DNA of 64,000 nucleotides from Trypanosoma brucei (GCA_000002445.1 CH464491.1:2848001-2912000), one strand, 5' to 3'. Shown: positions 1 to 11,368, counted from the stretch's first letter. Program-made: numbers and translations. Notes: generated by a model from the letters alone, not told the origin.

Positions 1-941
1 GTGATCTTCATGGAACTTATATGGACATCACAAATATATTTAACGACTTCCGCTGGTAGGTTCAGTCGTGCTTACTCGCTTTTCTTTGCTGACATACGCA
101 CCTCCTGCGCGTTGGTGGTTTTTTTCGTGGTCGTATGTTTCTACCGCGGGCAAGAAGTTTAGGAATGGTATCTGTACCTTATACATGCGCGTGTCTGCTT
201 ACATACACGTGTGCACCTTAGGAGTACGGAGCGAAGAGAGCATTTGTAACTCCAACGACGTTTGAGTTGTAGACGGGAATACATGAGGAAGGTGTGCTTG
301 ATGAAATAGCGGTGGTCTCTCTCTACTTGAATTCCCCTCATAGCGGCTGATCACCTCAGACGGATGCAATTCTTTCTTTTGTGCTTTTCTCCGTCCCGTG
401 GGGAAGGGAGGTGTGCGCGTGAGGAAGGAGGCGGCGAGGCTGAAATTGAGGGTTACAAGAGATGACGGCATTAGTACTAGTAGTAGCAGTATCATTGTTG
501 TTTGAACCCAAATGTATGTCGTGTTTCATGTGTGTGGCGGGAGCGCTATTCTTGGGCTGTTGGGTGCTACCAACAGAAGTGGTGTATGAATTAGGATATG
601 GTTAGTGTTTATCGTCTTGCTGGGTAATGTAGTGGGGGTGCGGTTAGGTACGGATATTCGACAGCTGTGCAGATACACCTCTGTTTGTTTTCTTCCGACT
701 CGTTCGATGAGTAGCGCAGCGCTCGCATTTATCACGATGCCTTTACCCTCAGTCTTTCGACCCTTAACCTTTAGACTTATACGCAACGAGGCAAGAGCGC
801 GTACGTGAATTTTCTATGGGTAAATAACATGTTTCTGCTTCTGCGGGCACACCTTTGTTTAGGTACGGAGAACAGTGTAATATTTGTGTGCTCTTTTCAT
901 ATTTCTTCTCTTTTATGGACTTCAAACCCGATGATTGATGA

Positions 942-2270
942 ATGGGGAAGATACATGAGATTGTAAAGCCACGACAAATGGATACGAGCTCGCCGAACTT
1001 CGGCCTCAAAAGCCCTTATGCCCATCGGGATGCATCAGATGAAATCGACGAGCTTCGAAGTGAGGTAGCCCTCCTGCGGCAACGCCAGGAACAGCACATG
1101 ATGCGGTGGGAAGCCGCCATGAAGGAACAGCGGCAGCATTGCTGTGATTTGGCTGCCGTATATCGGCAATTACAAGAGTTGGTAAATGGCATCCCGGACG
1201 ACAGTTTGGGCGTTGCAAGGAAGAAACCCCTTCGCCCGTCGCCTCCTGATAGCACCTTGCTTGATGAGGTTCGTGAGGTGCTGCTCGACTTCAAAAACTA
1301 CATTGAGCGAGGCAGAATCGTCACCAATCAAAAACTTGAGGATATGTACAATGGCATAGGGGAGGTGAAGAGGGCCTTGGAGGAGGAAGCACAACATCGG
1401 AAGCGAGGGGAAGAACGGCTCAGACGGCTAGAAGAAAAGCAGGAGCAATTGTTCCAGTTGGTAGCCTCTGCTGCTTCAGCTAACGATTTGAGCACGCTAC
1501 GCACTACATTGACTGAGTTGTTCAAGTCCGGACAGAATGATTTGGTAGTCTCCTCATCACGGCAGTACGACAGTGTGAAAGAGAGAATAGCGGACTGCGA
1601 AAGGCAGTTTCGTGCGCTACAAGCAGAGCGTGAGCATAGTGAAAGGAAGTTGGAGTCTCTATGTCATGGGAACCTCCAAACAGCGGAAGTCAGCATTCAA
1701 CAGCTACAGCGGCGAGTGGAGACCCTTTGCCAAGAGCTGCGGGCTCACACAGCGCCGCAAAACGCTGAGAAGCCCAGCGCTCAAACATACACGGCATACA
1801 AGATAGATGAAATGTTGGCGTCGCTTGAGATGCGAATGTCCGAGCGTGTCGATACAACTATCAAGCAATTTGATATGAAGCATGTGCAGTTCGTTGAGCA
1901 CATGGTGGACTCTGCAAAGAAGGCCATTGAGGTGGCGGATAACCTGCCAAAACAAGTAAACCACCTGCAGGACGAGGTTGCAAATATTCAAGAGGCCATT
2001 CAGCGTCATGGTGAGGCGCTGAACGATCAGTTCCTACAGGGCCCGCTGTATGGCGCCTTTGAAGAAGTGAGGGGCTGGCTGCGAGATGTTGAACAACACA
2101 CGGTGAAGCGTGGCGAATTCAACGAAGCGATGGTCAATTTTGATGAGAAACTTGCGTCGCTGAGACGTGAGTTTCTTATTGGTGGGTCGGTGGAGCATGT
2201 TTCGGATGAAAGTGCCGATGACACTGGCGCGTTTAGACAATCAAAATTAGCTATCATAGCGCCCCCATGA
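942..2270 (+). CDS. Hypothetical coiled-coil protein (442 aa)
   Basis: Complete ORF with ATG and stop. Charged E/R/K/Q-rich sequence with a heptad-like pattern. A polypyrimidine tract lies upstream around 880-930. No specific family recognised. Confidence 0.55.
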   Translation: MGKIHEIVKPRQMDTSSPNFGLKSPYAHRDASDEIDELRSEVALLRQRQEQHMMRWEAAMKEQRQHCCDLAAVYRQLQELVNGIPDDSLGVARKKPLRPSPPDSTLLDEVREVLLDFKNYIERGRIVTNQKLEDMYNGIGEVKRALEEEAQHRKRGEERLRRLEEKQEQLFQLVASAASANDLSTLRTTLTELFKSGQNDLVVSSSRQYDSVKERIADCERQFRALQAEREHSERKLESLCHGNLQTAEVSIQQLQRRVETLCQELRAHTAPQNAEKPSAQTYTAYKIDEMLASLEMRMSERVDTTIKQFDMKHVQFVEHMVDSAKKAIEVADNLPKQVNHLQDEVANIQEAIQRHGEALNDQFLQGPLYGAFEEVRGWLRDVEQHTVKRGEFNEAMVNFDEKLASLRREFLIGGSVEHVSDESADDTGAFRQSKLAIIAPP

Positions 2271-2743
2271 CGTTGCTGCGCTCAGATGTGGCTGTTCTTC
2301 GTCGTGTACGTACAAGCCCAGAGACCTTTCGCACTACCGTCGGGGCTCATCCGTATCTGGAAGAAAAAAAAAGGTGTAACGGCAGGGGGACGGGCAGGTG
2401 CCTTCTCGGTGCTGTAGCTTGGCGTATTTATATCCGCACTATTTGGGACACCTGGTACCTTTTGTGTATGTCCCGAATTTACGTAGACTCGCCACCGTGT
2501 GGTAATTCTTTTGGAGCCGAGTACTCATAATGTGTACTATTTCAACCTAACTTCTCTGTGTATTACCTTTGTGGTCTTGTTGCGCTGCGAGTGGGCTTTG
2601 TTAGTGTTCACTTTCCTTTCTTCTTTCCTTCAATGCACCTTCATACGCCTTCTGTTGTATTTTTTAAGTAAACACGCGTGCCCTAGAGGGTGGGATAAAC
2701 TACTACCGTACGCAGGTCCACTGCTGCACAAGGAGTTGGAAAG

Positions 2744-5290
2744 ATGGAAAACGGAAAGAATGACGAATTTACCGTGAGTGATGAGGCCGTGGAGAACCTC
2801 CAGAAGGATTTTGAGGAGGCAATGGCAGCCCTCGCTGAGCATGAAAGCTTCGATCGTTTCCGAATGGAATATGACGTCTTATATCGTGCGCTTCGCAAGA
2901 GTCACGACTCCGAAAAGCGGCTTGTGAAACGGTGCCAGCAGCTCACGCAGGAGCTGATGAGTAATGCGGCGAAGGTGCAGGCCGCACTGAAGTTGTCTCA
3001 GTCAGACCACACTACAATAGATGCACTGAAGAAGGAAATTGAAAAGGCGTGGCGGATGGTCGATTCTGCAAATGAAAAAGATGCCCACGCGAAGGAAACA
3101 ATGAAAAATTTAAAGGAAGAAGTGGCATCACTGCAGGAAATTATGGCCAACGGTGCTGAGCTCACCTCTTCGCAGTCTGCAACCCTAGAGGGACTGAAGT
3201 TGGAGAAAAAAAGGATGGAAATGGAGTATGGTGAGTTGGTGAAGCAGATGGACAACCTGACGAAGGAAATAAAGGAGCTGAACACGAAATCGAAGGAACT
3301 TGAGGTCGAAATTATGAACAATCAAGAAGAGTTTAAGCGTGTTACGGACAGGGAGACCTTGATACAACAGGAGTACGACAAAGAAATAAAAGCTCGGGAG
3401 CGTGCCGACTTTCAGGTGAAAGAGCAGCTGCATTTAGCGCAACAAAGGGCAAAAGAGCTGAAGACTCACGAACAACTGCGTATCAACCTGACAGAGACGG
3501 TAACTAAACTCCGCGCGCAGGTACAAGAGGATAACGAAAAGCGCCAGCTGCTGGAGCAAAAAATCGAGACGGCAGAGAAACAACTGTACCACACGCAGCA
3601 ATCTTACGATGACGCTGTTGATACCACAGAGGCCCTCAACGAGCGACATCGCGCCGTGTGTAAGGAGATTGCAGAAGCTGAGAAAATGGCACACGACCTT
3701 CTTTCAGAGGAAGAGCGAACGCGCGCAGTGTGTGATGGCGATTACAAGAAGCTGCGTCGCCTCATACAGCAGAACGACGACGTAAGACAGGAGTATGAAA
3801 ACCTGACTCGCCAGCAGAGCAACATTCAAAAGCGCATTAATACGGTAAAGAAAGAGAGGCATGCCATGAATAATGCCTACGAGGTTTTGCAGAAGGAACA
3901 GGATACCCTCAAGAAGTATGGTGAACACGAACGAAAGAAGTTGCAAACCATCGAAGGCATTATAGCAAACGAAGTGGAAAGTCAAAAAGATGTAGAAGCC
4001 GCTATTGAACGTGAGCGGGAAATAAGCGTCCGCCTTAGCAAAACAATAGCAAAACTAGAAAGTGAGAGGGAGAAATATACAGCGGAGGTGCTGCAGGCCG
4101 TCGAGCAGCATGCACTCGTGAAGGAAGATCTGAAGGTTGCCACTATAACTTGCAATGAGACACAAAAGGCGATAGAAGAGAGTGAGCAGCGACTAAAGAA
4201 GCAACAGGGACTTTATGAGCAGGCGAGGGCTGAACGTAACCTCTACACAAAGAAATTGATCGAGTCACAGGACGAAGTGATGGAACTGAAACAGGGCTTC
4301 CGAATGATGGACCACCAAATTAGACAATTGAAGGAAGAACTGGCAATGAAAGAGAAGAAATTTCAGGATGAAACATCTGCGCAGAAGATAGCAAAGGAAA
4401 AACTTGCCAAAGTACGCCGCGTTGTCAATGAGCGTACCATAGCCCTCGACGACACGATTCGTAATTGCGAGAATGTCGCACAAAACATTAAACAACTTGT
4501 CAAAGTTGTTAATGAATGTGATAAACAACTTAGCGAGCAGCGTCAAATGTTCTTGTCAGTTAGTAACGAGCGTGACATGCTTGGTACTCAACTAATCCGT
4601 CGTAATGACGAGCTTGCCTTGCTTTACGAGAAAATTCGTATGCAACAAGAAGTACTTAGCCGTGGGTATGCCGCATGCCGCGCGCGCCAGGAAGATATGC
4701 GCCTTCTGCGTTTGAAGACTGAGGACCTCAAGCGGCAGGCCAAAATAGCAGATAGGCGAGCACAGGACACGAAACAGTTGCAAGAAGATATCAAGCAACT
4801 GGTGTACGATCTCACAGTGCAGCGCGCGAAGGTGCAAGCCCTCACCGAGGAGGCCGAGAACCCAAAGAGCTCACTTAGGTGGGAAAAGGTGGATGGCCGG
4901 AATCCAACGGCGGAAGAGCTCAACCGCAAGATATTCCGTCTTCAACGTCGGCTTATCACAAAATCGGAGGAATGTGTTGAAAAGGATATGGAACTGCAGG
5001 AAAAGCAGCGCCTCCTAACGGAGTTGACGAACATACTCGCGCGGCAGCCGGGGCCTGAAGTGGTACAGAGGCTTAACATGTGCCAAAAGGAGCTACACCG
5101 TACTTGCTCCGTAATGAAGCAGAAGGCATCAGAACTCAATATGACAGGAACGCACTTCGCTGAGTTAAAATATGAAGCCGAGCGACTTAGGCGGGAGGTC
5201 AATGATACAAGACGCAAGTACTACGAGATGCGAATGAGTAACGATGAACTAACGAAAGCGATGGAGGCTTCGAGGAGCATTAAGTCGTGA
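2744..5290 (+). CDS. Large coiled-coil protein (848 aa), possibly flagellar or basal-body structural
   Basis: Long ORF with continuous E/K/Q/L-rich heptad character (for example ...LKKEIEKAWRMV..., ...ELKQGFRMMDHQIRQLKEEL...). A strong polypyrimidine tract at about 2560-2690 precedes the ATG. Confidence 0.6.
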   Translation: MENGKNDEFTVSDEAVENLQKDFEEAMAALAEHESFDRFRMEYDVLYRALRKSHDSEKRLVKRCQQLTQELMSNAAKVQAALKLSQSDHTTIDALKKEIEKAWRMVDSANEKDAHAKETMKNLKEEVASLQEIMANGAELTSSQSATLEGLKLEKKRMEMEYGELVKQMDNLTKEIKELNTKSKELEVEIMNNQEEFKRVTDRETLIQQEYDKEIKARERADFQVKEQLHLAQQRAKELKTHEQLRINLTETVTKLRAQVQEDNEKRQLLEQKIETAEKQLYHTQQSYDDAVDTTEALNERHRAVCKEIAEAEKMAHDLLSEEERTRAVCDGDYKKLRRLIQQNDDVRQEYENLTRQQSNIQKRINTVKKERHAMNNAYEVLQKEQDTLKKYGEHERKKLQTIEGIIANEVESQKDVEAAIEREREISVRLSKTIAKLESEREKYTAEVLQAVEQHALVKEDLKVATITCNETQKAIEESEQRLKKQQGLYEQARAERNLYTKKLIESQDEVMELKQGFRMMDHQIRQLKEELAMKEKKFQDETSAQKIAKEKLAKVRRVVNERTIALDDTIRNCENVAQNIKQLVKVVNECDKQLSEQRQMFLSVSNERDMLGTQLIRRNDELALLYEKIRMQQEVLSRGYAACRARQEDMRLLRLKTEDLKRQAKIADRRAQDTKQLQEDIKQLVYDLTVQRAKVQALTEEAENPKSSLRWEKVDGRNPTAEELNRKIFRLQRRLITKSEECVEKDMELQEKQRLLTELTNILARQPGPEVVQRLNMCQKELHRTCSVMKQKASELNMTGTHFAELKYEAERLRREVNDTRRKYYEMRMSNDELTKAMEASRSIKS

Positions 5291-5550
5291 GCATCGGTAC
5301 GGAGCGACGCCGACTGTCAGGCATTTGTTAACCACACTCGTCAACTACCGGAAGGTGAACAGCTGAACACACTTAGACTTCGTTGTCAACATTGCCACAC
5401 ATGTAGAATATACCTTATTCCCTTATTTCACCTCACCTCACACTACCCTTTGTTTGTTGTCTCGCCGCAGATTGTGAGCGGTTTTACGCACAAGTACTGA
5501 ACATTACAGAGGCGAAGCTGACTACAATGACAGAAACATCCCGTCGTGAC

Positions 5551-5591
5551 CTTATTTTCCTTGTGCTTTCACCCTTCTCTCCCTCTCTTAG
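5551..5591 (+). promoter_or_regulatory. Polypyrimidine tract plus AG, candidate trans-splice acceptor for RPSA
   Basis: The sequence ccttattttccttgtgctttcacccttctctccctctcttag sits immediately upstream of the RPSA ATG, the canonical kinetoplastid SL-addition signal. Confidence 0.55.
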
Positions 5592-5625
5592 TTCCAAAGC
5601 ATTACGCAACTCCCACACACGCAAT

Positions 5626-6360
5626 ATGACCTCCGTCTCGTCCGGCGCTAAGGTCCTCCGAATGAAGGAGAGCGACGTGCAGAAGTTGCTCGCCATGCAC
5701 TGCCACCTCGGCACGAAGAACAGCAGCAGCGCCATGAAGAAGTACATCCACGGGCGCACAAGCGACGGCACAAATATCATTGATATCCACATGACGTGGG
5801 AGAAGCTGATCCTTGCCGCCCGTGTGATCGCTGCGGTGGAGAACCCACAGGATGTCACCGTCTGTTCCACACGCCTATTCGGGCAGCGCGCCATCTTCAA
5901 GTTTTCCCAACTCGTTGGGACATCGTTCCTCGGTGGCCGGTTTATTCCCGGTACATTCACCAACCAGATCCAGAAGAAGTTCATGCAGCCACGCGTTCTG
6001 GTTGTCACGGATCCCCGCACAGACCACCAGGCCCTACGTGAAGCGAGCCTTGTCAACATCCCCGTCATTGCTTTCTGCGACACGGACGCACCACTGGAGT
6101 TTGTTGACATTGCCATCCCGTGCAATAACCGTGGACGCCATTCTATCAGCATGATGTATTGGCTGTTAGCCCGGGAGGTGCTGAGGCTCCGTGGCACCAT
6201 CCCACGTAGTGTCCCATGGGAAGTGAAAGTGGACCTCTTCTTCTACCGTGACCCTGAAGAGGCATTGAAGCAAGAGGAGGCCACCGCCGCAGCTGAGGTC
6301 CATGAAGAAGCTGACGAGGGTTATGGATGGGTGGAGCGCGACAACACATGGGAGCAGTAA
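5626..6360 (+). CDS. RPSA: 40S ribosomal protein SA (laminin-receptor/p40 family)
   Basis: The translation [30 protein letters not shown]...[11 protein letters not shown]...[33 protein letters not shown] is the conserved ribosomal S2/SA core. GC3-biased codon usage is typical of a highly expressed gene. The ORF track starts at 5527, but 5527-5625 is the polypyrimidine tract (5551-5589) with AG at 5590-5591, so I take the in-frame ATG at 5626 as the start. Confidence 0.9.
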   Translation: MTSVSSGAKVLRMKESDVQKLLAMHCHLGTKNSSSAMKKYIHGRTSDGTNIIDIHMTWEKLILAARVIAAVENPQDVTVCSTRLFGQRAIFKFSQLVGTSFLGGRFIPGTFTNQIQKKFMQPRVLVVTDPRTDHQALREASLVNIPVIAFCDTDAPLEFVDIAIPCNNRGRHSISMMYWLLAREVLRLRGTIPRSVPWEVKVDLFFYRDPEEALKQEEATAAAEVHEEADEGYGWVERDNTWEQ

Positions 6361-7131
6361 GCGAATTGTTGCCTTGGGACAAGCACAGTTGTTTAACATA
6401 TATGTCTTGGTTGTTACCTCCGTATAATTTTTAATTTTTTTTCTTTTCGGTGACCGCGTGCGGCATCGCTAACTTTAGGGAGGAATGAGGCGCTGCGCAT
6501 TCGAAGGTGCTCTGCCGCTGAACAATGACTGCCTCATGACACTATACAACCAACACCTCATTATTGCCCTAAGCGTCGTTTGACAATATTGCATCTCCTC
6601 TACAATACCTGTTTCTGTGTGATATTTTGTATCTGATGTTATATTTCCTTCTTCTTTTCTCTTAACTTCCTTCATTTCCGTACCATCTATTGCAGCGACA
6701 AACCCAGGGCAGCGCCAACGGGTGGTGAGTGAGCACTGGACCCTGCCTAGAGGCCACTCAAAAGTAACTGTCAAGCGGTCGCGCAGGAAAGGCTAAAAGT
6801 AGGCAAGGAATTGTGCGTGCACCACTGTGTAATTGAAACTCATCGGTACTTGTATCAATCACGTATTGTCAAAGCTCATTTTTAGTGCTCAGGGGACAGC
6901 TGTTGTTAGTTGTTGATACAGATTTATTTGGTGAACTGAAGTGTAGTTTAAAACTATTTTTTTTTTCGAGTGTTAGCGCGGTAACTGAAGCAGTGAGCTT
7001 CACCGATTTTGTTGAGGGCACGGGAAGCTAAGCACCCCCTCCCCACCCTCGGGTCGTGTAATAGCCGAGGGCTATTGTAACAACGGCCCACACTGCACGT
7101 CGTCAAAAGGAGATCGGAGTATTTGGAGTAG

Positions 7132-7150
7132 CCCCCCCCAAAAAAAAAAA
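7132..7150. repeat. C8A11 homopolymer pair immediately 5' of an ATG
   Basis: The sequence gcccccccc aaaaaaaaaaa ga ATG is directly visible. The same C(n)A(n) arrangement recurs at 50216-50235. Confidence 0.9.
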
Positions 7151-7263
7151 GAATGTGGCTTTTCTTTGGAACTTTGTGTCGTGGAGCACTTGTGGTACTC
7201 CTGACCTTTCTTCTTTATTTTGATTCTAGTCGTCTTCCGACGCCTGATTATGTTGCCGGAGAG

Positions 7264-8106
7264 ATGTGTAACATGTTGGAGAGACACGCGGAGTGTTCCA
7301 GCTGTCAGAAGCTTCTGAGCCATTTCGATGTCGATGGAAAAGGCGATGAGTCCCCGATCTGGCAAACTTTGCGACGGTTAGACAAGCCGCGTATGCCTGC
7401 AGTGCAACCATGTGATGGCAAAACGAGGAGTGTGGAGTGTAATCATTTTCTTGAAAATAGTCTCATTGAAAAGTGGAGCATGGTCTCTGCGCTTGTTCAC
7501 GAAATGAAAAAGTTTTACGCCACTACGGATCCGGATGCCGTGGGCATCGTTAACACTCGGCACGATGAACTCGTAGAGTTTATACTGAATGAAAGGGAAG
7601 CAAGAGAAAGTGAACAGCGGGAATTGCAGAAGTGGGAAGATTGCTCTTCTATAGTCGATGTCGAAAGTGACACTTCGGAGCTTTCCACGAACAAATTGAG
7701 GAGGCACACATATGAAAGCAGTGCGTGCAGCATTAGTTTCAGCAACGACCGCCAGCGATCGTTCTGCTGGTGCCACTGCGCGGGAAAGTTGCCTTTCATG
7801 GAGCGGACGCGGATTTGGTTGCTTCATATTTACCTCTCGTACGATATGCGCATGAAAATAATTATTTTACAGCATCAAAGGAACACCCTCTTTTGCCTTC
7901 TGTTGGAATTATGTTTACTTGGAATAGTGATGAGGCACCAGACTGTGGAGGCTGCAGTTGAAGTGGCGGGCGCCGTACATCCCACCAACGGCAAATTGAG
8001 CAATGAACTCACGGATGTTTTTATGTCACAGGTTCACACGGGAAAATCAACCACACGTCGGGTTGCGCCTCCACGATTAAGAGGGTCCAGTCACCGGAAA
8101 GACTGA
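7264..8106 (+). CDS. Hypothetical protein; start uncertain (the ORF opens at 7153)
   Basis: The ORF runs 7153-8106. Its first 37 codons are pyrimidine-rich (ttttctttggaactttgtg...cctttcttctttattttgattctag) and look like a splice-acceptor tract, so I favour the internal ATG at 7264 (MCNMLERHAE...). No recognisable domain. The C-terminal third is low-complexity. Confidence 0.35.
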   Translation: MCNMLERHAECSSCQKLLSHFDVDGKGDESPIWQTLRRLDKPRMPAVQPCDGKTRSVECNHFLENSLIEKWSMVSALVHEMKKFYATTDPDAVGIVNTRHDELVEFILNEREARESEQRELQKWEDCSSIVDVESDTSELSTNKLRRHTYESSACSISFSNDRQRSFCWCHCAGKLPFMERTRIWLLHIYLSYDMRMKIIILQHQRNTLFCLLLELCLLGIVMRHQTVEAAVEVAGAVHPTNGKLSNELTDVFMSQVHTGKSTTRRVAPPRLRGSSHRKD

Positions 8107-9602
8107 GGGAAAGGGGGAAAACAAAAAGATGAGAGCAGGTAAAGAAATACAATGGACCCAGTGTTTATACAGGCATAAAAACATATGAAGAAACGTCTTT
8201 GTGTGTTGTTCTGTTTTCTATTTTATTTTTGTTTTTAAACGAATTAATAAATATATTAAAACGTAATCACCAAGGGGGATCGTTTTTGCAGGGTGGCGTT
8301 TTTTTTCTTACCACACACCATTGAACGGAGGGTGATTTGGTGGGTCTCGCCCGCGCCTTGCCTTTTTAAAAAAAATTAAATATTTCCTCTAATTTACCAC
8401 ACTAATCCCACCTTTTTTTTTTATTTCCCTCTGTCGTTGTTTCTAGTGAAAACTTGAAGCAGGGGAATTTCCCTTTCTTTCACTTCCGTTTATCTTTTTC
8501 ACTTTTACTTAATAAATAAAAAGACTTTATTGTTTTGATTGGAGCTCCTCTTTGAGAGGTTAAATCGGCCTTCCCCACATTGTGCCTAGCTGTGTTACTC
8601 ACTTTACCTGGTGATATTATTTGTTTGTTATTTACTTAGAAACGTCTTTCATGCGGTATGAACCTTGTGTGAGCTTACATATGTGTATTACACAGGGTTG
8701 TATCTGCTCATTTAACATAGATTAAATAATAATGAAATAATATGGTGCATTAGTGGGTATTGAAGGTCGAAAAGTGGGAGGGGGAGGGGGAGGAGGGGCA
8801 AAAACTAATGTGGGATCGACTACATTTAATTGAAAGAAAAAAGCAATTGCCTTGGCAATTCAAATCAGCAACAGGCATTATAGTTTGTAAACGTAGACAC
8901 GTTCCCATGTGTGGCTCAATATATCCACTGTCACTGATACATGCGGGGACGTGTGATTTTTTTTTGAAAATTTGTTTATATTTTGTTTACTTTGATCTCG
9001 TCACTGCCTACCGTTGTTAGTGAAGAGAAGAAAGGAAACAGAGAGTGTCTATACAAAGCATTGAACAGGTATGGATGAAAGGTGAGGCGAAGGGAACACA
9101 GAGCGGAGTTTGTTGGTACATCACGCTGTGCATGCGCAAAGCATCAAGTAAAATACGTTGGCTTCATATATCCGCGAGCCGCTTGACAAGAGGATGTCCA
9201 GAAACATATATGATCCCCATGAATGCGCCTTGTTGCTACATTCTCTTTTTTCTCCTCTTGTCACGATCATTTTAAATTATTACCCGTGTTCTCTTCATAC
9301 GTGCATATAAACTTTTTCCCAAGGGCTGTTCAACCAGGTCTGCTTGCTCCGCCACCCGAAGGAGCTGCGAGGTCCAAAGAGAAGAAGCGGGACCTTGCGG
9401 TTGTTAGATTTCCCCTGGTCCCTGCGCTGGGACGCAGCAACTCACCACTCGCTGTGGTGCCGCAAACCAACGCGAGGTTTTGCTGTGAACAAGTGAAACG
9501 AGCTGGAGAAATAGGGGGAGGAGAGTTGAGAGTGTCGGGGGTGGAAATTGAAATTCTACTTGTACTTGACGCCTCTTCGTCACCCAACCTTTCCCAACAC
9601 TT

Positions 9603-11072
9603 ATGGCATGTGTGCATGTCCTGGTGGGGCAGTGTGGCAACCAACTTGGCGCACACTTTTTGACCGCACTAACAGATGAGGCACGCCGCTGCAGTGATGA
9701 AGATTATGCATCCCAAATTTCGGCTGATCATTTCCGTCCGGCACCAACACAAAAGGGAATCAGACGAGGAGGCGTAAGTAACGGCAACTCCGGTCATCAT
9801 GACGAACCACCACTACCGCGCTCCGTCATGATTGATATGGAACCAAAAGTGGTCGAATCCGTCGTGACAGGCGTTAACGACGGAGGCGCATTCCAGGTAC
9901 GAGCGGAGCAGTGCGTCACCCGGGACGAGGGAAGCGGGAACAACTGGGCGTTTGGATACTATGAGCAAGGAAGAAGTAGATGCGATGAGATCGTGGAATC
10001 CTTACGCCGGCAGAGTGAGGCGCGTGGGGCAGCTCATTCCTTTCATATCGTGCACAGTGTTGCAGGTGGAACCGGCTCGGGGGTGGGATGTTTGGTGTCC
10101 GACGCCATCCGGGTGGAGTTCCCACGAGCGCTTCTCCTCCACACGGCGGTGTGGCCGTTTGCCACCGGTGAGGTCGTAACGCAATGGTACAACTGCGTGT
10201 TGGCTATGAGTGCCCTACGCGAGAGTGCGGATGCTGTTTTCGTGGCGCATAATGATGACTTTGACGTCAGCGCGAGACCTTTGCAGAAGGCTGTCAACGG
10301 CCGAACAAGCGAAGTGAGCTTCGATACTATAAATCACGAAATTGGCCGCCTCCTCCTCGACCTCCATCTTCCGAAGAAATTGTACCCGGTTCCCTCAACT
10401 GCACCCGAGAAAAAACCTCACCCACAGTCAACGTTTCCGGCTTCTAGAACAACTTCCAGTACGGGTGCTATGGCGTCGCTTAGATGCGGAGGCCTCACAG
10501 ACGTCGTGGAAGCGGTTGCACTAGACCCAGCACTGAAGTTCTTCTCTGGTTTAGCCCTTCCCGTGACTCCACCTGACAACCGTGTCGTTGCGCCAGAGGC
10601 AACGTCGTGGTACCCGCTGTTGTGTGAAGCATCTCGTCGAACCAGTGAGTTATTCGTACCGGCACCGTCTGGTGACAATAACACTAGCAACAACCTTTCT
10701 ACCGCATTCATCGAGCAGCGGCCCCTCCTATGGAGTTTGCGTGGGCCAGCTGCATGCAGTGAAGGTCTCGCGCATCTGCGGGAAGTGCTCTCGAGAAGTA
10801 CGCCGACCCCTGACGGACGGGAGTTGTATGTACCGCCCTCTGCACTCCTTCTGCATGAGGAGCGGCTTCTCGGACGGAGAGCCCATGTTTCAGTTTTTGG
10901 TCCTACACATAACATCGGACTTCGACTAGCTTCCGCACTCGAGAGGGCTGAAGATTTACTTCGCGTCAGTGCGTACGTTCACCATTTTAGTCGATACGGA
11001 GTAGGTGAAGAGGAGCTGCGGGACGCCGTTGTGCGTATGTGGGACACTGCTGCCGCATACGGGGCGGCTTGA
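9603..11072 (+). CDS. Delta-tubulin-like protein (tubulin superfamily, 489 aa)
   Basis: Tubulin signatures are present: GQCGNQLG (N-terminal GTP loop), VMIDMEPKVV, GSGNNWAFGY, AGGTGSGVG and WPFATGEVVTQWYNCVLAMSAL...SDAVFVAHNDD. The last block matches the delta-tubulin pattern (WPY.TGEVIVQNYN...SDALLLHENDA) better than alpha, beta or gamma. A polypyrimidine tract lies at about 9551-9598. Confidence 0.7.
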   Translation: MACVHVLVGQCGNQLGAHFLTALTDEARRCSDEDYASQISADHFRPAPTQKGIRRGGVSNGNSGHHDEPPLPRSVMIDMEPKVVESVVTGVNDGGAFQVRAEQCVTRDEGSGNNWAFGYYEQGRSRCDEIVESLRRQSEARGAAHSFHIVHSVAGGTGSGVGCLVSDAIRVEFPRALLLHTAVWPFATGEVVTQWYNCVLAMSALRESADAVFVAHNDDFDVSARPLQKAVNGRTSEVSFDTINHEIGRLLLDLHLPKKLYPVPSTAPEKKPHPQSTFPASRTTSSTGAMASLRCGGLTDVVEAVALDPALKFFSGLALPVTPPDNRVVAPEATSWYPLLCEASRRTSELFVPAPSGDNNTSNNLSTAFIEQRPLLWSLRGPAACSEGLAHLREVLSRSTPTPDGRELYVPPSALLLHEERLLGRRAHVSVFGPTHNIGLRLASALERAEDLLRVSAYVHHFSRYGVGEEELRDAVVRMWDTAAAYGAA

Positions 11073-11342
11073 GCACATCTGTACGTGAAGAGCGTGCACG
11101 CAGAAGTGGATTGTATGATGCAGTGTAATGTGATGTGCTTTCGTCCAGGTGGGTGTCGTGTTGTCATGGCACAGGATGTAGCTAGTGACCAAATGGATTG
11201 TAGAAGGGAAAAGTGACCATAGAACTCCCACAAAGTGATAATAGACCTAAAAGAGGCGAGGTGTGTCGTCTATGGGCTACGGGACAAATCGCTTGTCAGT
11301 AATCAAAGGAGCAAGTAAAGGGGGATATACACGCATGCGTAT

Positions 11343-11368
11343 AGATATATATATATATATATATATAT
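11343..11368. repeat. (TA)n microsatellite
   Basis: The run atatatatatatatatatatatat is directly visible. Confidence 0.95.

Noticed and set aside
5484-6200. A 238-aa minus-strand ORF overlapping the RPSA gene
   Set aside because: It is antisense to a highly conserved ribosomal protein CDS. Its translation is Arg/Ser/Trp-rich and not protein-like. It is a GC3-bias artefact.
9223-9663. A 146-aa ORF overlapping the delta-tubulin start
   Set aside because: It lies in the pyrimidine-rich 5' region upstream of the tubulin ATG. Its translation is low-complexity and it is better explained as 5' UTR or splice-acceptor sequence.
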